Assembly (NCBI GenBank): GCA_965644315.1
Contig: CBFFRQ010000114.1
Coordinates: 1 to 48,219, forward strand
Direction: 5' to 3'
Length of the DNA stretch: 48,219 bases
Source: Caecitellus pseudoparvulus
Lineage: Eukaryota > Protista > Bigyra: Bicosoecida
Positions 24,201 through 35,700 of this stretch are shown one piece after another (within the stretch, counting starts at the first letter, position 1; each line of letters starts with the position of its first letter). A program made the position numbers and the translations under genes. Below the pieces are notes generated by a model. That model made no database searches and was not told the origin of the DNA. It worked only from the letters and a program-made list of their open reading frames with translations.

Positions 24201-26498
24201 GGTTTCTGGTGTGATACCTGCGTGACCGATGCGTCCATGGTGCCATCACACCCCAAGCTGCAGGAAAGGTACTGGAGCAAGCTGAAAGATGTGGCCAGTG
24301 CCGAGTTGCAGGGTGAAACAACCAGCGCTGATTCGCCCACGAGACGGCGTCTGCAAGCACTTGTGAATGAGACAGCTGAGTTGCAGGCCGCAGTCGCAGG
24401 GAAAGCGGTTCTTTACGCTGGTGCGAGCATCCTTCAGTGCACGCCTCCAGATGCATGCAGGCCTGTAGCGAACTCGAGTGGCATCTCCTGTGTGCCTGGG
24501 CACAGGGGCATCCTCTGTGGCGAGTGTGCTGAAGGCTGGGCAAGGTCCAGCCCACAGCTGCTTTGTGTGAAGTGCCCCGATGACAGTTTTGGCTTCCTGC
24601 AGAGCATCGGCTCCTGGGTTTTGTTCACGGGGCTCCTCGTGTACTTGGCCCTGCGCACGAGTGATCGGGAAAGCAAGGAGGGCCAAAGCAGGGGACTGCT
24701 CATTGGGGTGTTCCGTGTCATGACCGGCTGGGCCCAGATGTATGCTGTGCTGCTGAGTACCCGCTTGCCTCCTGAAAGCGCGTTGGATGGCCTCATGGCG
24801 TGGCTCTCCTCAGTGTCAGTCGGCGTCGGCACCAACTCGGTGCCTGCCCAGTGCGCCTTGCGTGCAGACATGTACACTCGCTTCTTCATCACCTTGAGCA
24901 TACCCATAGCTGCAGTGAGCATTCCGTTGATCGTAGCGGGTGTGACCAGCATCTTGCAGCGGCAAAGCCACGCAGTGCTGCAGGCTGCTGCTGAGAGGCA
25001 TGCCGAGGAGAAGGGCGGGGGCTCAGTTGGCGGGGAAGGCGTTGCCGAGTCTGGGGTAGAAGCTCCACAGCCCCTTGCCGCTTCCACTCCTCCCAAGAAA
25101 GAGGGTACTTTGGTTGACGATACGTTCGCCTTCCCTGCGCCAAAAACCCTGGTGTCTCCAACTTCCAGGCCGTCTGCGCTGGTTCCAAGGTCCACCTCAT
25201 TCCAAGACGACACAGGCCCGACCGACCCATCTCCAGCAGCGAGACGGACATCTGCGTGGGCTAACTTGGACAACCTGGTCGAGGCTGATGAAGAGTCGGA
25301 AGGCTCAGTTGTCATTGATATGCGCAAGCCGCGATCAAGCCGCGGCCAGGCTGCAGCGCAGGTTGAAGCAGCTGTGATGCCTGGCGCACCGCCGGCCCAC
25401 CCTGCAAGCATGCGCTCTGAGGAGAAAGCTGTGCTGGCAAAGACTGTGGACCTCTTCAAGCAGCGGGCGAGGTGTGCTGAGCAAGCGTATCGCGCAGCCT
25501 TCATCCTGCTCTTGCTGGTGCACTTCCCTGTAGTCGAGGCATGTCTGCGCATGCTGGACACGTACGACTTCCGCATCCTGGGCTTCCTGTTCCTCCGTTC
25601 AGATGTCGCACACGGAAGCATGGACTCCATGTTCCAGACCGCCCAGTTGGCAGCATACCTTGGCTTGCTGGTGCGGGGCGTCGGCATCCCACCCGGCAGC
25701 GCCTGTCTCGTATGCCGCCACAGGCACCATGTCTACAAGCACAGCGTGAAGGCAGTGTACGGTGCGGTGTATGAAGGGTTCAGAATTCCCCGTGCGCACT
25801 CTGAGGACTCACCCCGCAAAGAAGAAGACGAGCCCAACTTCTGGTACTGGGAGTTGCTGGTTGTGCTGCCACGGAAAGTGCTCCTTGCTGCAGTCGCTGT
25901 CACCGTGCGCAATGCCGAGCTGCAAGCAGCGCTGATCTGCCTTGTGCTGTCAGCTTCCCTTGTCGTCCATGTTGCATCCTTGCCGTACGAGGTTACGCTG
26001 ATGAATGCTGTGGAAACCGCAGCACTGACCGCCATTTGTGTGTCTGCCTTCGGAGGCCTGGCGCTGGGCGACGAACTTCTGGTCGGGGAGAAGACGGAGT
26101 TCCTGCTGCAGGGCGCCATCTTCCTAGCCAACACACTGTTCTTGGCCATGACTTTCCTCCTCCTGCTCGGCGCAGGCGTCGCCACCCTGCGTACGCGGCA
26201 CGCTGCAGTCTTTGACTGGCTGAAGCTGTACCTGCAGCAATCGCCGACGCATTCACACTTGAAGCACGTCCCACACCCAGGCCTCTGGTGCTGCACGTTT
26301 GGACCACGCAGGAGCGCAGCGGCCTGCATTGCGCTCGGCAACTGCATTTCTGTGGAGAAGGCAATCGCCCTCTCGCATGATGTGGCCATGGTGCGGGAAG
26401 CTGGCCTGCACCTGGAAGCAGAGGCGACGAGGCTGCAGACCCCAGCCACCCGCACCAAGTCTCCCGTGGTCGTCCGCCCTGCCATTTCTGGCTCTTGA
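21297..26498 (+). CDS. Large multi-pass membrane protein with Ser/Thr/Pro linkers, Ig-like beta-rich domains and Cys-rich repeats; two in-frame stops (TGA 22428, TAG 22590), so either a pseudogene or sequence errors
   Basis: ORFs 21297..22430 and 22602..26498 are in the same frame, and the gap translates as plausible coding sequence (LPANQSQQGVVLTMQSVNLPPGLHRATVTFQ). It contains CERCPPGT, CTQCPGGTF and CVPGHRGILCGEC motifs followed by multiple TM segments. The start is unresolved. Confidence 0.7.
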
Positions 26499-27008
26499 GG
26501 AAAGAATGGAAAGAGAGGGTGACATGGGCTGCAAAATGCATACACTAGTTTGCCTGGCTTGGTGGCAGGCACATTTACGTACATGCCAAAATGTTGAGCT
26601 ACAAGTTTGTCTTCCCTCATTGATGCACTGTCGATGCCAAGTGTCAAATTGTACGGATGGTCTTGCGACGTGCAGCAGATCTCGGCTAAGACTAGGAAGT
26701 GGGGCGATCTCTAGAGGACCATGAAGGTATTTGAGTTGAAAAGAGAGTGAACGGTCCAGCTCGAAGAAGCTGTGGAGGCAGTACGAGGCGAAAGGCACGA
26801 GGGGCAGCAGACGCCACTGCCTCGGCTGACACTTGGAGCAGTTACGGTGCGTGAGGAAAACGCGGAAGCCCAGGTGCTGTTCATGTTCAAAACTGGAATG
26901 TGAAAGTGCAACTTAGAAATTGACCCTGGTCGGCCTGCTGGAGCCTTGCTCCTTCCACAGCGCGGAGGTGCATCGAGGCCACATGTGCGGAATCTGCGCC
27001 GCAACGCC

Positions 27009-28507
27009 ATGGCGAGTGAGGCGGACGATGCCGGTGCCGTGGGAGAGTGGAGGGCTGCTTGCACAGGTGGTGACGTAACCACACTGATGGACATGTTCCA
27101 CGGATCAAAGGCGAGTGCAGAGTCTGTGCTTGGGGCTCTGACAGGGGACGACACTCCGCTGGCTTTTTGAGAGCATGTGGAGCAGGGCACGTTGGCCTGT
27201 TGCGAGCACTGCTGGCCGTGGAGGAAGAGGCAGGCCTGGATGTCCATGCAGGTGATGAGAATGGCCCTGAGGCGGGTTTTCGATTGGCTTGCTGGAATGG
27301 GCATGTGGAGACGGTGCGGGAGCTGCTTGCGCTGAGCGGGGAAAGGACCGTGGATGTGCACGCTGGGGATGAAGACGGGCCTGAGTTTGCCTTTCGAGCG
27401 GCCAGTTCTGAGGGCCACCTGGATGTTGTTTGCGAGCTGTTGCGTCTCGGCAGCGAGCGTGCAGTGGACGTGCGCGCTGGGGACTCGGCTGGGCCTGAGG
27501 CTGCCTTCCGAGCCGCGTGCTTGCACGGCCACTTGGATGTTGTGCGTGTGTTGCTGCGGCTTGATGGGGACCGTGAGATTGATGTGCATGTGGGAGATGA
27601 AGATGGGCCTGAGGCCCCCTTTCGGTACGCGTGTGCACGGGGCCATGTTGGTGTGGTGCGCGAGCTCCTGGCGCTCACAGGCCACCGCGTTGTGAACGTG
27701 CACGCTGGAGATTGGGAGGGACCAGAGGCTGGCTTTCGGAGGGCATGTCAGCACGGCCATGACGCTGTAGTTCGGGAGCTGCTGGCTCTCACTGGTGATC
27801 GGCAGGTAGACGTGCACGCATGTGACGAGGATGGGGCTGAAGCTGGCTTTCGATCTGCATGTGCAGGAGGACATGAGACTGTCGTGCGAGACTTGCTCGC
27901 CCTTTCTGGCGAGCTGGCCGTGGATGTACATGCAAGGGATGCTGATGGGCCTGAGTCTGCCTTTCGGCTCGCTTGCCGGTATGGCCACGCAAACGTTGTG
28001 CGTTTGCTGTTGGCGTTGCCAGCGGAGGGTGCGGTGGATATCCACGCCGGAGACAGAGTTGGGCCCGAGTATGGCTTCCGATGGGCTTGCTACCTTGGCC
28101 ACTTGGCCGTGCTGCGCGAGTTACTTGGCGTGGTTGGCGACGGGGCGATTGATGTTCATGTTGCAGATGGGACTGGGCCAGAGGTTGGTTTTCGGAGTGC
28201 TTGTGAGCGTGGCCACGTGCACGTGGTGCGCGAGCTGTTGGCCCTCACGGGACAAAGAGCTGTGGATGTTCATGTGGGAAGCTGGGACGGCCCTGACGTG
28301 GGCTTCCGCATGGCGTGCAGGAATGGCCACCCGGACGTGGTGCGAGAGTTGATGGGGCTCACAGGCAGCCGGGCCATGCCACGGGAAGCTGCAGCGTTGG
28401 TGGGGGACACTGCCCTGCAGGCAGGGAAGGACGCTGCATGGTACGGAACAAGCACGAGAAGTGGGAGGCGCCATTGTTTACTTCTGAGGTCAGCTTGCAG
28501 GCGGTGA
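27009..28507 (+). CDS. Ankyrin-repeat protein, paralog of 5481..6545; frameshift at a T5 run near 27163-27167
   Basis: ORFs 26946..27170 and 27167..28507 join if one T is added (gct ttt ttg aga gca tgt = AFLRAC). Same ~39-aa repeat and shared C-terminal motif A-x-W-x-GTSTR-x-GRR-x-x-LLLRS. Confidence 0.85.
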
Positions 28508-29352
28508 TGTTTACATGTGGTCGTCGGTCTTGGCTGCAGAGTTCAGTTCTGGGTGGCTGAGGCATCGGAGAGAGCAGTTGCAGGATTTGGCCGGATGATG
28601 CAGGTGAACGTGATCAACAGTTGAAGACAGCAAGCTGCAGAACTCGCGAGACTGATAGAGGCCCCTGTGGCACGTTTTGAGGTCTGGAACTTCCGGGAGT
28701 ACCATGCTGCCAGCCTTGAACTGGGTGTGGATGCAGCGGCTGCTACAGCGCCTATTGAGAGGTCGCTGGGCCCTTCGATGTCCAGGCCTTGGCAGCTTTG
28801 GAGGCAGCTATGAAGTGTAGTCCAAATGGAAGGACACTTTGGCCCCGGGATGATGATGGAGGGGGAAGCACGGCGTGGGGCGCATCGTGTCTCTTCCTTG
28901 AGGTGCTGCATCGGGCGGCTGCTGGGACGCACGCGCAGCATGTCGCCCCAGCCGCTGCTGCCACGTAGCCCACGCGGGGCTATTGAAGGCTCCATATTGT
29001 GTCACGGTGTGCGGAAGGTTGCCACTGCAGACCGAGCGGGGTGGTGACGCCCGCCACAGCCAAGCAAGGCGGGCCGTGCCGCTTCATTTTGGTACTGGGC
29101 ACAATCGGCACATTGCAGCATACTATTTTTGACAAGGACAGATCTCGTAGCTCCAATGTTCTGCTGTGTGAGTACGTCAAAGGGCTTTCGCGCTTGGGGG
29201 TCCGGGAGTCGCCTCCGCTTCTTGATGGCGCATGAAACGCCCATCAGAAGCTGTCAACGCGTGCTGCTCGCGCCACAATGCTTGCCTAGTGCTGTCGATG
29301 CACTGTGTTGCACATGAATTCTCATTTGTACCACTACTAGGGTCCGTGTATC

Positions 29353-31539
29353 ATGCTCTTTTCCCTGTACCACTCGCAGGCGCGCATCAGGCAACACCGC
29401 TTTCAGAACGTGCAGTGTCGGATCCTTCAGGACGCGCTGTGCCCCACGCAGCATCCCTCATTGCCGCGTGGCATTGCCATGGGTCCCCATGCTACGAACC
29501 AATGCGCTAGCGCCTGTCTGTCTTGCGCTGCGCACTTGCAAAAGCGGGCAGGAGCCGGCGCAGCGTGCCGGTGGCGTTTCGCAGTGCTCTCCGCTGCCTT
29601 CCTGGCAACGTTGGGCTGCGCCGAAGCTCACGTTGCACTTCGTGGACTCAGTTTGATGCTGAATGATGTCAACCTTCATCGCCGCTTGGCGAGCACGTCT
29701 GTTGAAGACACTCAGCTATCTTCCGGCGGCTTGCATACCTGCGCCGTGACGGACGGCAAGGTGCGATGCTGGGGCGGAGGCTACAGTGGGCAGCTCGGGT
29801 ACGGGAACTTGAACCCCATCGGAGACAACGAGCTACCAGAAACTGCAGGCAATGTGAACGTAGGCGCTGGTGTTGTCGTGGTCCAAGTTTCGGCAGGAGG
29901 CAGCCACACTTGTGTTGTGCTGGATGACGGAGGTGTCATGTGCTGGGGCTCCTCCATCGCCGGCCAGCTCGGGTACGGCAATAAGGAGAACGTTGGCGCC
30001 TCTGAGGATCCAGCTGCGGCGGGAACCGTTGATTTGGGCTCTGGTGCAGCCGCTGCCCAAGTGTCTGCAGGCAAGAGCCACACGTGCGCAGTGTTGACAA
30101 CTGGGCTGCTTATGTGCTGGGGGTTTGGATCAAACGGCCGGCTTGGGTATGGTAACACCAACAACATTGGTGACAATGAGCACCCATCTGCTGCAGGCGC
30201 TGTCTACCTGGGTGCAGGTCTTGCTGCAGCACAGGTTTCCGCTGGAGACAGCCACACGTGTGCTGTGTTGACGAACGGTGGGGTCATGTGCTGGGGGACA
30301 GCATTCTCTGGCAGGCTCGGATACAGCAACTTCAACCACATTGGTGACAACGAGCACCCTGCTGCTGCAGGTCAAGTTAATTTGGGCGGGGGACGCGCGG
30401 CAGCACGAGTTGCTGCAGGACAGAGCCACACGTGCGTGCTTCTCACGAGCGGAGAGGTCATGTGTTGGGGGTCGGGGTCCAGTGGCCAACTTGGGTACGG
30501 CAACACCGAGTTCATTGGCAACGATGAGCACCCGGCAACTGCTGGGACTGTTGATCTTGGGGGCGCAACAGCATCTCACATCACTGTCGGGAATGATCAC
30601 AGCTGTGCGCTCTTGACGACCGGTGGGGTCATGTGCTGGGGGCTGGGGTCTCATGGGATGCTTGGGTATTCCAACACCGCCAGCGTTGGAGACAACGAGC
30701 ATCCAAGCTCTGTTGGTACTGTGAACATGGGCTCTGGGGCTGTGGCAACTCACCTGTCTGCAGGAGAGCGCCATACGTGTGTGCTGCACTCCCCAGCAAG
30801 TGCCATGTGCTGGGGTGAAGGCCAGCATGGCAAGCTTGGCTACGGCAACACGCAGAACATCGGTGACGACGAGCACCCTGCAGATGCAGGCTTCATTCGA
30901 TTTGTCCCCTCTCCATCCCCGTCGCCCACCTCCTCACCCAGTAGCACTCCCTCTGCAACAGTCTCCCCTTCTGTGTCCCCCACGAGTTCGGCCACCCCAT
31001 CTGTATCGCCGACAGCAAGCTCCTCTTCCAGTCAAACAGCCACTCCATCAGCGACTGCTTCAATTACACCCTCTCCTTCGCAGTCGCCCTCAGTGACGCC
31101 CAGCCACAGTCCCACTCCGTCAAGCTCGGCGACGGCAACTAACAGCCCAACTGCAACAAGCTCGGCGACAGCGACGACAACAGCCACAATGTCCAGCTCT
31201 CCGACAGGCACCCCGTCCTCTTCTGTGACACCGACAACCAGCTCGACGGCGTCTAGCAGTGCAACCGCCACAGTGTCCATGACAAGCAGTGTGACTTCAT
31301 CACCATCCTCATCTGCAGCTGCCCCACAGCCACCCCAGGCCTCCAATCCTTCAGCCATTCAGGGACAGGTGAGCAGCAGCGGGCCGAGTGAAGGGGGGCA
31401 GTCTTGGATGGTTGCTGGCATTGTGGTGATCGTGGGATTGGTCGCTGCTGTTGCTGCATTCGTATTGCTTCAACGCTGGCGTATGCCGAGCCAGTCTGCA
31501 GGAAGTGCAGGAAGTAACCCTGCTCAGACACAGCCGTGA
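29353..31539 (+). CDS. RCC1/BLIP-II repeat (beta-propeller) type I membrane protein with a Ser/Thr/Pro-rich stalk
   Basis: Seven repeats of VSAG-x-x-HTC-x-x-L-x-x-G-x-VMCWG-x-x-x-x-G-x-LGYGN, then an STP-rich tract and one TM helix (WMVAGIVVIVGLVAAVAAFVLL). The true start may be downstream of 29353. Confidence 0.88.
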   Translation: MLFSLYHSQARIRQHRFQNVQCRILQDALCPTQHPSLPRGIAMGPHATNQCASACLSCAAHLQKRAGAGAACRWRFAVLSAAFLATLGCAEAHVALRGLSLMLNDVNLHRRLASTSVEDTQLSSGGLHTCAVTDGKVRCWGGGYSGQLGYGNLNPIGDNELPETAGNVNVGAGVVVVQVSAGGSHTCVVLDDGGVMCWGSSIAGQLGYGNKENVGASEDPAAAGTVDLGSGAAAAQVSAGKSHTCAVLTTGLLMCWGFGSNGRLGYGNTNNIGDNEHPSAAGAVYLGAGLAAAQVSAGDSHTCAVLTNGGVMCWGTAFSGRLGYSNFNHIGDNEHPAAAGQVNLGGGRAAARVAAGQSHTCVLLTSGEVMCWGSGSSGQLGYGNTEFIGNDEHPATAGTVDLGGATASHITVGNDHSCALLTTGGVMCWGLGSHGMLGYSNTASVGDNEHPSSVGTVNMGSGAVATHLSAGERHTCVLHSPASAMCWGEGQHGKLGYGNTQNIGDDEHPADAGFIRFVPSPSPSPTSSPSSTPSATVSPSVSPTSSATPSVSPTASSSSSQTATPSATASITPSPSQSPSVTPSHSPTPSSSATATNSPTATSSATATTTATMSSSPTGTPSSSVTPTTSSTASSSATATVSMTSSVTSSPSSSAAAPQPPQASNPSAIQGQVSSSGPSEGGQSWMVAGIVVIVGLVAAVAAFVLLQRWRMPSQSAGSAGSNPAQTQP

Positions 31540-31652
31540 AAGCGCCACGTGCTGATGCAAACTGGGCCGCGCTCAAGAGCTCATCAAGGGGTTGGACCGA
31601 ATGAATTTCAGGACTCAACCGCCATACACAGAGTGAATCAATTGTGGTGACG

Positions 31653-31683
31653 AATTTCGACTCGCTGATCATGAGTCGAAATT
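31653..31683. repeat. Short inverted repeat (11-bp arms)
   Basis: aatttcgactc - gctgatcat - gagtcgaaatt. Confidence 0.8.
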
Positions 31684-31712
31684 TGGAACTGAGATTGATT
31701 TACTCTGTTGAG

Positions 31713-31826
31713 CTTGTGTTTCCCGCCAAAATTAGTTGAAAATATTCAAAGTAATTGAGACTACATTATATAGAGTAGTCTCAATTACTTAGAAAATTTT
31801 CAATTAATTTTGGCGGGAATCACAAG
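31713..31826. repeat. 114-bp AT-rich palindrome (52-bp arms, 4 mismatches, 10-nt loop)
   Basis: Left arm cttgtgtttcccgccaaaattagttgaaaatattcaaagtaattgagactac (31713-31764) versus the reverse complement of 31775-31826. Confidence 0.95.
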
Positions 31827-31919
31827 ATATTTTAAGTATTTCAATTCAAATATTTCTTACCATAATAGTCTTAATTCTTTAAATTCACTAATTACTTTTT
31901 ATTTCCACTAAGTAACAAA

Positions 31920-31934
31920 TTAGGGTTAGGTTAG
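31920..31934 (+). repeat. Interstitial telomeric repeat at the 3' junction of retroelement copy 1
   Basis: TTAGGGTTAGGTTAG lies directly before ctgttcaatgcattgca. Confidence 0.8.
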
Positions 31935-32736
31935 CTGTTCAATGCATTGCACTTCACCTCCACGCTTGCAACTTGCGCGGTTCGGCTTGGGCGTCACATG
32001 CGGCGCTCGCTGCCGTGCACGAATGCACTGCAGAAGCGCCACAGCGGCTTCCACTTGCGTGGATCTGCAACCAACACAGTCTTGCGACCGTTGTAGAGGT
32101 CACCGCTAGCTAGGGCGTGTCCTACGCCCGCCCCAAGGGGAGAAAGTCCCGTCCTTGGCCAGCTTGAACCACACCACAGAGAGTTCATCCAGGTGGCGCG
32201 CTCGTCAATCAGCACTTCACATCATAATCCAACTCACTTCTCTGCACCATTCTTCATGCTTGTTGCCTTCGACATGCCTGCTGCCGCGAGAGAACCTTGC
32301 GGGGCAACTGCAGGCCGTTGTGAGGGAGGGGTGCTGCTGTGGCGTTTCGCTCGAAACGCCGCGGCAGCGGAGGGACCGCCTGGCGCACGAGTGCGCGCCG
32401 CAGCACCCCTTCCCTTCCACAGGATACTTTCTTCATATCAAGGTCAAACTTCTCTTGCACTTGGATGCTGAGTCCGGAGCCGGTGAGTCTTTGCCTGCGG
32501 CGCCGCGCGTGGGACGTCCGTACGTCAAGCACGGCTTGTTCCACCCGCGTTGCCGCAGGGCTTCTTCGAGGACTTCAGGAGGCTCCATCATCGTCAGGTA
32601 AGTGCCCGTGGACCATTCGTTCAGCAATTTCTCCTCCTTTCGCAGAGCTATTCGTCAATCATCAGGGGGAGCTTCAGCAGGGGCGCTGCTTCGCAGGAGG
32701 GTGACCGTGGTTGTCACCACGACAAACGTAAGCCTG

Positions 32737-35700
32737 CTACTGCCCGCCTGCCCCCTCTGCTGCCCCTCCTCCACTCTCAGGACCATCTCCCATGGAAGTG
32801 GACTGTCTTCCTTGGACCAGGCCGTGATTAAACAAGGTGGACTGCTGGGAGAAGGACCGGGGTGGCCCGCGCTGTGAGCGGTCAGGGAAGTACGTACGCT
32901 GTGTCCTCCGCGTGCGCACATCTCGAGTCTGCCTGTTCACAGCACTGGGCACCGGCTTCGTGTAGCCCGGAAAAGGACAGGTACGGCCATGAGCTGCCCA
33001 CCAGAGGTACCTTGCGTGCCGCTGGACGTGCACGTGCTCTGGCGAGGTAAGTCTGAGCATGCGCTGCAGCACAATGTCCCACGCAGATGAAGCGAAGCCA
33101 GCCCCAGCCTGGAGCAGCTTCTTCCAGAAGGCTGGGGGCTTGACTGGACCACGAGTGGAGCGAAGGCGGAGGTGGGGGTGGCTCATGACAGCCGCCCCTT
33201 CAGGACTCCACAGTTGCTGCGCAGGATCCTCATCGATGCGGAAGGGCCATTGGCCACACAAGAGCAGGCGGAGAAGGAGCTTGGAGGACGATCGAGGGAG
33301 GGCACTCCGGGACTTCGCCGACTGGAGGGCGCGAGTCAGGGGGGCAGGGATGGTCAAAAGAGCGGAGGGGTGCCCACCTTGGGCCACGCTGTTGGACTGG
33401 GCCGCGGTGGCCAGCATGGCTGCCAAGGCATCCTGTCTGGCCTCGTCTAAGGCTGGGTGGCGGCACGAGAGCAAGACGTGCTCGTGCAGCGTGGCCCAGG
33501 AGACACTCCCGCAGAGTGGACACTCCTCAAAGAGTGTCGGGGTGTCTTCGCCATGGAAAAGCTGAAGGGTTTGCCAGAGATGGACCTTCACAACCTGTGG
33601 CCGGTTGCCCTCGCACACCCATAGCAATGGGCTTGGGGCTGACGGGATGGGGTGGAGCCAGCAGAAGAACCGAGCCCCCACACCCACATGGTACGGCCGT
33701 GGGCGACGCACACGGTGCAGGTCACCAGTGGGGGAGTACCCGAGAGCGGGGCACTCGGACGACTGGGCGATGTGCAAGAAGGAGCACACGACATGCTGTC
33801 GGGCGCGCCACGACATGTCGGCAGGGAAGTCCGGGGGCAGCATCAAGCTGGAGGAGGAGGATGCAGCCAGCCCAAGGTACTTGATCTTGGGTGGTGTGGG
33901 ATCCAGATCCAGCGTATCCGTCACGCTGTCGTCTGATGAAGTGTCCGCATTCCCGTCTCTCTGAACCAACTGCTCGAGGGCACTGCGGCTTGGCAGGCAG
34001 CCGTGCAACCACAAGTCGAACAGACCATGAAGGGCGAAGGGGGGCGGGATGCCCGACCGTGCCCGATCCAGGTCACCGTTCAGGTTGACGAGGAACTCCA
34101 TCGTGACTGGGGAGGGGAGCATGTCGAGCGCAATCGGCAGGGTCTGCAGCATGACCCTCGCTACTGGTGTCCCGGCGTGAAGATCGGAGATGAGCTTGCG
34201 GAAGATGTTCGAGCGCAGCTTGGTGGCGCGTATGTGTGCAGGTAGGAAGCCGCACACGGCAAGTTTTGCATAGTTATGCATCCTTGCCAGGGAACTTTGC
34301 ATGCCGATCTGGGTCTTGCTCAGAGCAGTAGCGAGGCCCCGGTCCACTTCGCGCAGGGGAAGGACAGAGTTGCGGACCTGAGTAGCCAGTATGTAGTCCG
34401 CCGCTGCCGTGATGGAGGCACTACCAATACGCTGCTTGAGGTCAATGCCCACCCACTCGCCAGTGAGCAGAGCACTGCAGGCAAACCCTGCTTGCGTGCA
34501 GGAAAGACTGGCCTGCTTGAGAGCAGAGGCCCGTGTCTTGCGGACATCTTCACACAGAGGGGCACCAAGGAAGACATAGCTGCGTGTTCGCTCGATGGGA
34601 ACGCCACCGACGGTGAGTGTCTTTCCAGACTTTAGCCATCTGGATCGCCAAATTGCCTTGCGCCTCTCGTTCGCACAGACTCCGTTGACTGGTGCTGCGT
34701 TGGTAATCACCATAATGCCTGACTTCCTTGGGTTGATCTTCAAGCCAACACGTGCTCCCACAGCCCGCACTTCATGAAACATTCTTTGCATCGCAGATGG
34801 GGACGTGGCCAAGCAAGCAAGATCGTCGGCATACAGAGTGTGAGTGAGGCGGCCTGCAGATGTAGGCACCCCAGCTCCGGCGTATCCCTGTCCAGGGAGT
34901 TCTTGGAGGCGCTGGGACAGAACATCGATGGCGACTTTAAAGAGTAAGGGTGACAGGGCGCCACCCTGAGGGACGCCGCTTGTGACAGGGAGGGGATCGC
35001 ACAGTCCGTGGGCCGTGTGGATGGAGACACTGGCCCGAGACATGTACTCTGACACAGCCTTGAGCAGGGGCTGAGGCAGTCGGGCAGCTTCAAGGATCTC
35101 AAGGATTGCAGCATGGCTGACCGAGTCGAACGCTGCCTTAAAGTCGATGAACATGACAAGGACGTGCTTGTCTGGTGAGCGTCTGAGGTATCCGTTCGCG
35201 GCTTCTTGAAGAGCAATGATTTGCTCGTGTGTGTTGCGTGACTTGCTGAACCCTGCTTGCTCTCGCGAGATCCAAGATTTCATCCATGCTTCCACACAGG
35301 CCGCGACGACGGAGAAGAACAACTTAGCTTGTGGAGGCCGACAGACGATCAGCCTGTACGTGTCCACGCGTCCAGGTCGGCTAGACTTCTTGGGAATGAG
35401 TGTGCCTACACCCTCGTGGTACTTTGCAGGACAGGACCCGTGAGCCAGTGTGTCCAGCAGGGCTTGGGTGTACCTTTCCTTGAAGGCCAGGCTTGAGTAC
35501 TTCAGGTGTTCAGCTTGAAACTGGCCTGTTCCAGGATTGCGGTGCAAGTTGAGAGCATCGATGGCTGACATGACCGTTCGCTTCGTGGGCAGCCAGACTT
35601 CTGGGGGGCGAAACTCTTCATGCTTGGAGGGCAGCAGCCTTGCAAGCCCAAACCGCAGAGGGGTTAGAGCTGTCACATCTGGGCTGATGATCGCTGCCAT

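Noticed and set aside
32625-32670. Hammerhead ribozyme core (CUGAUGA...GAAA on the minus strand) in the 3' UTR
   Set aside because: No convincing stem II pairing, and it is not evident at the equivalent place in copy 2.
32737-33480. Restriction-like endonuclease after the CCHC knuckle (Dualen-type dual endonuclease)
   Set aside because: No PD-(D/E)xK-type motif conserved between the two copies could be identified by eye.
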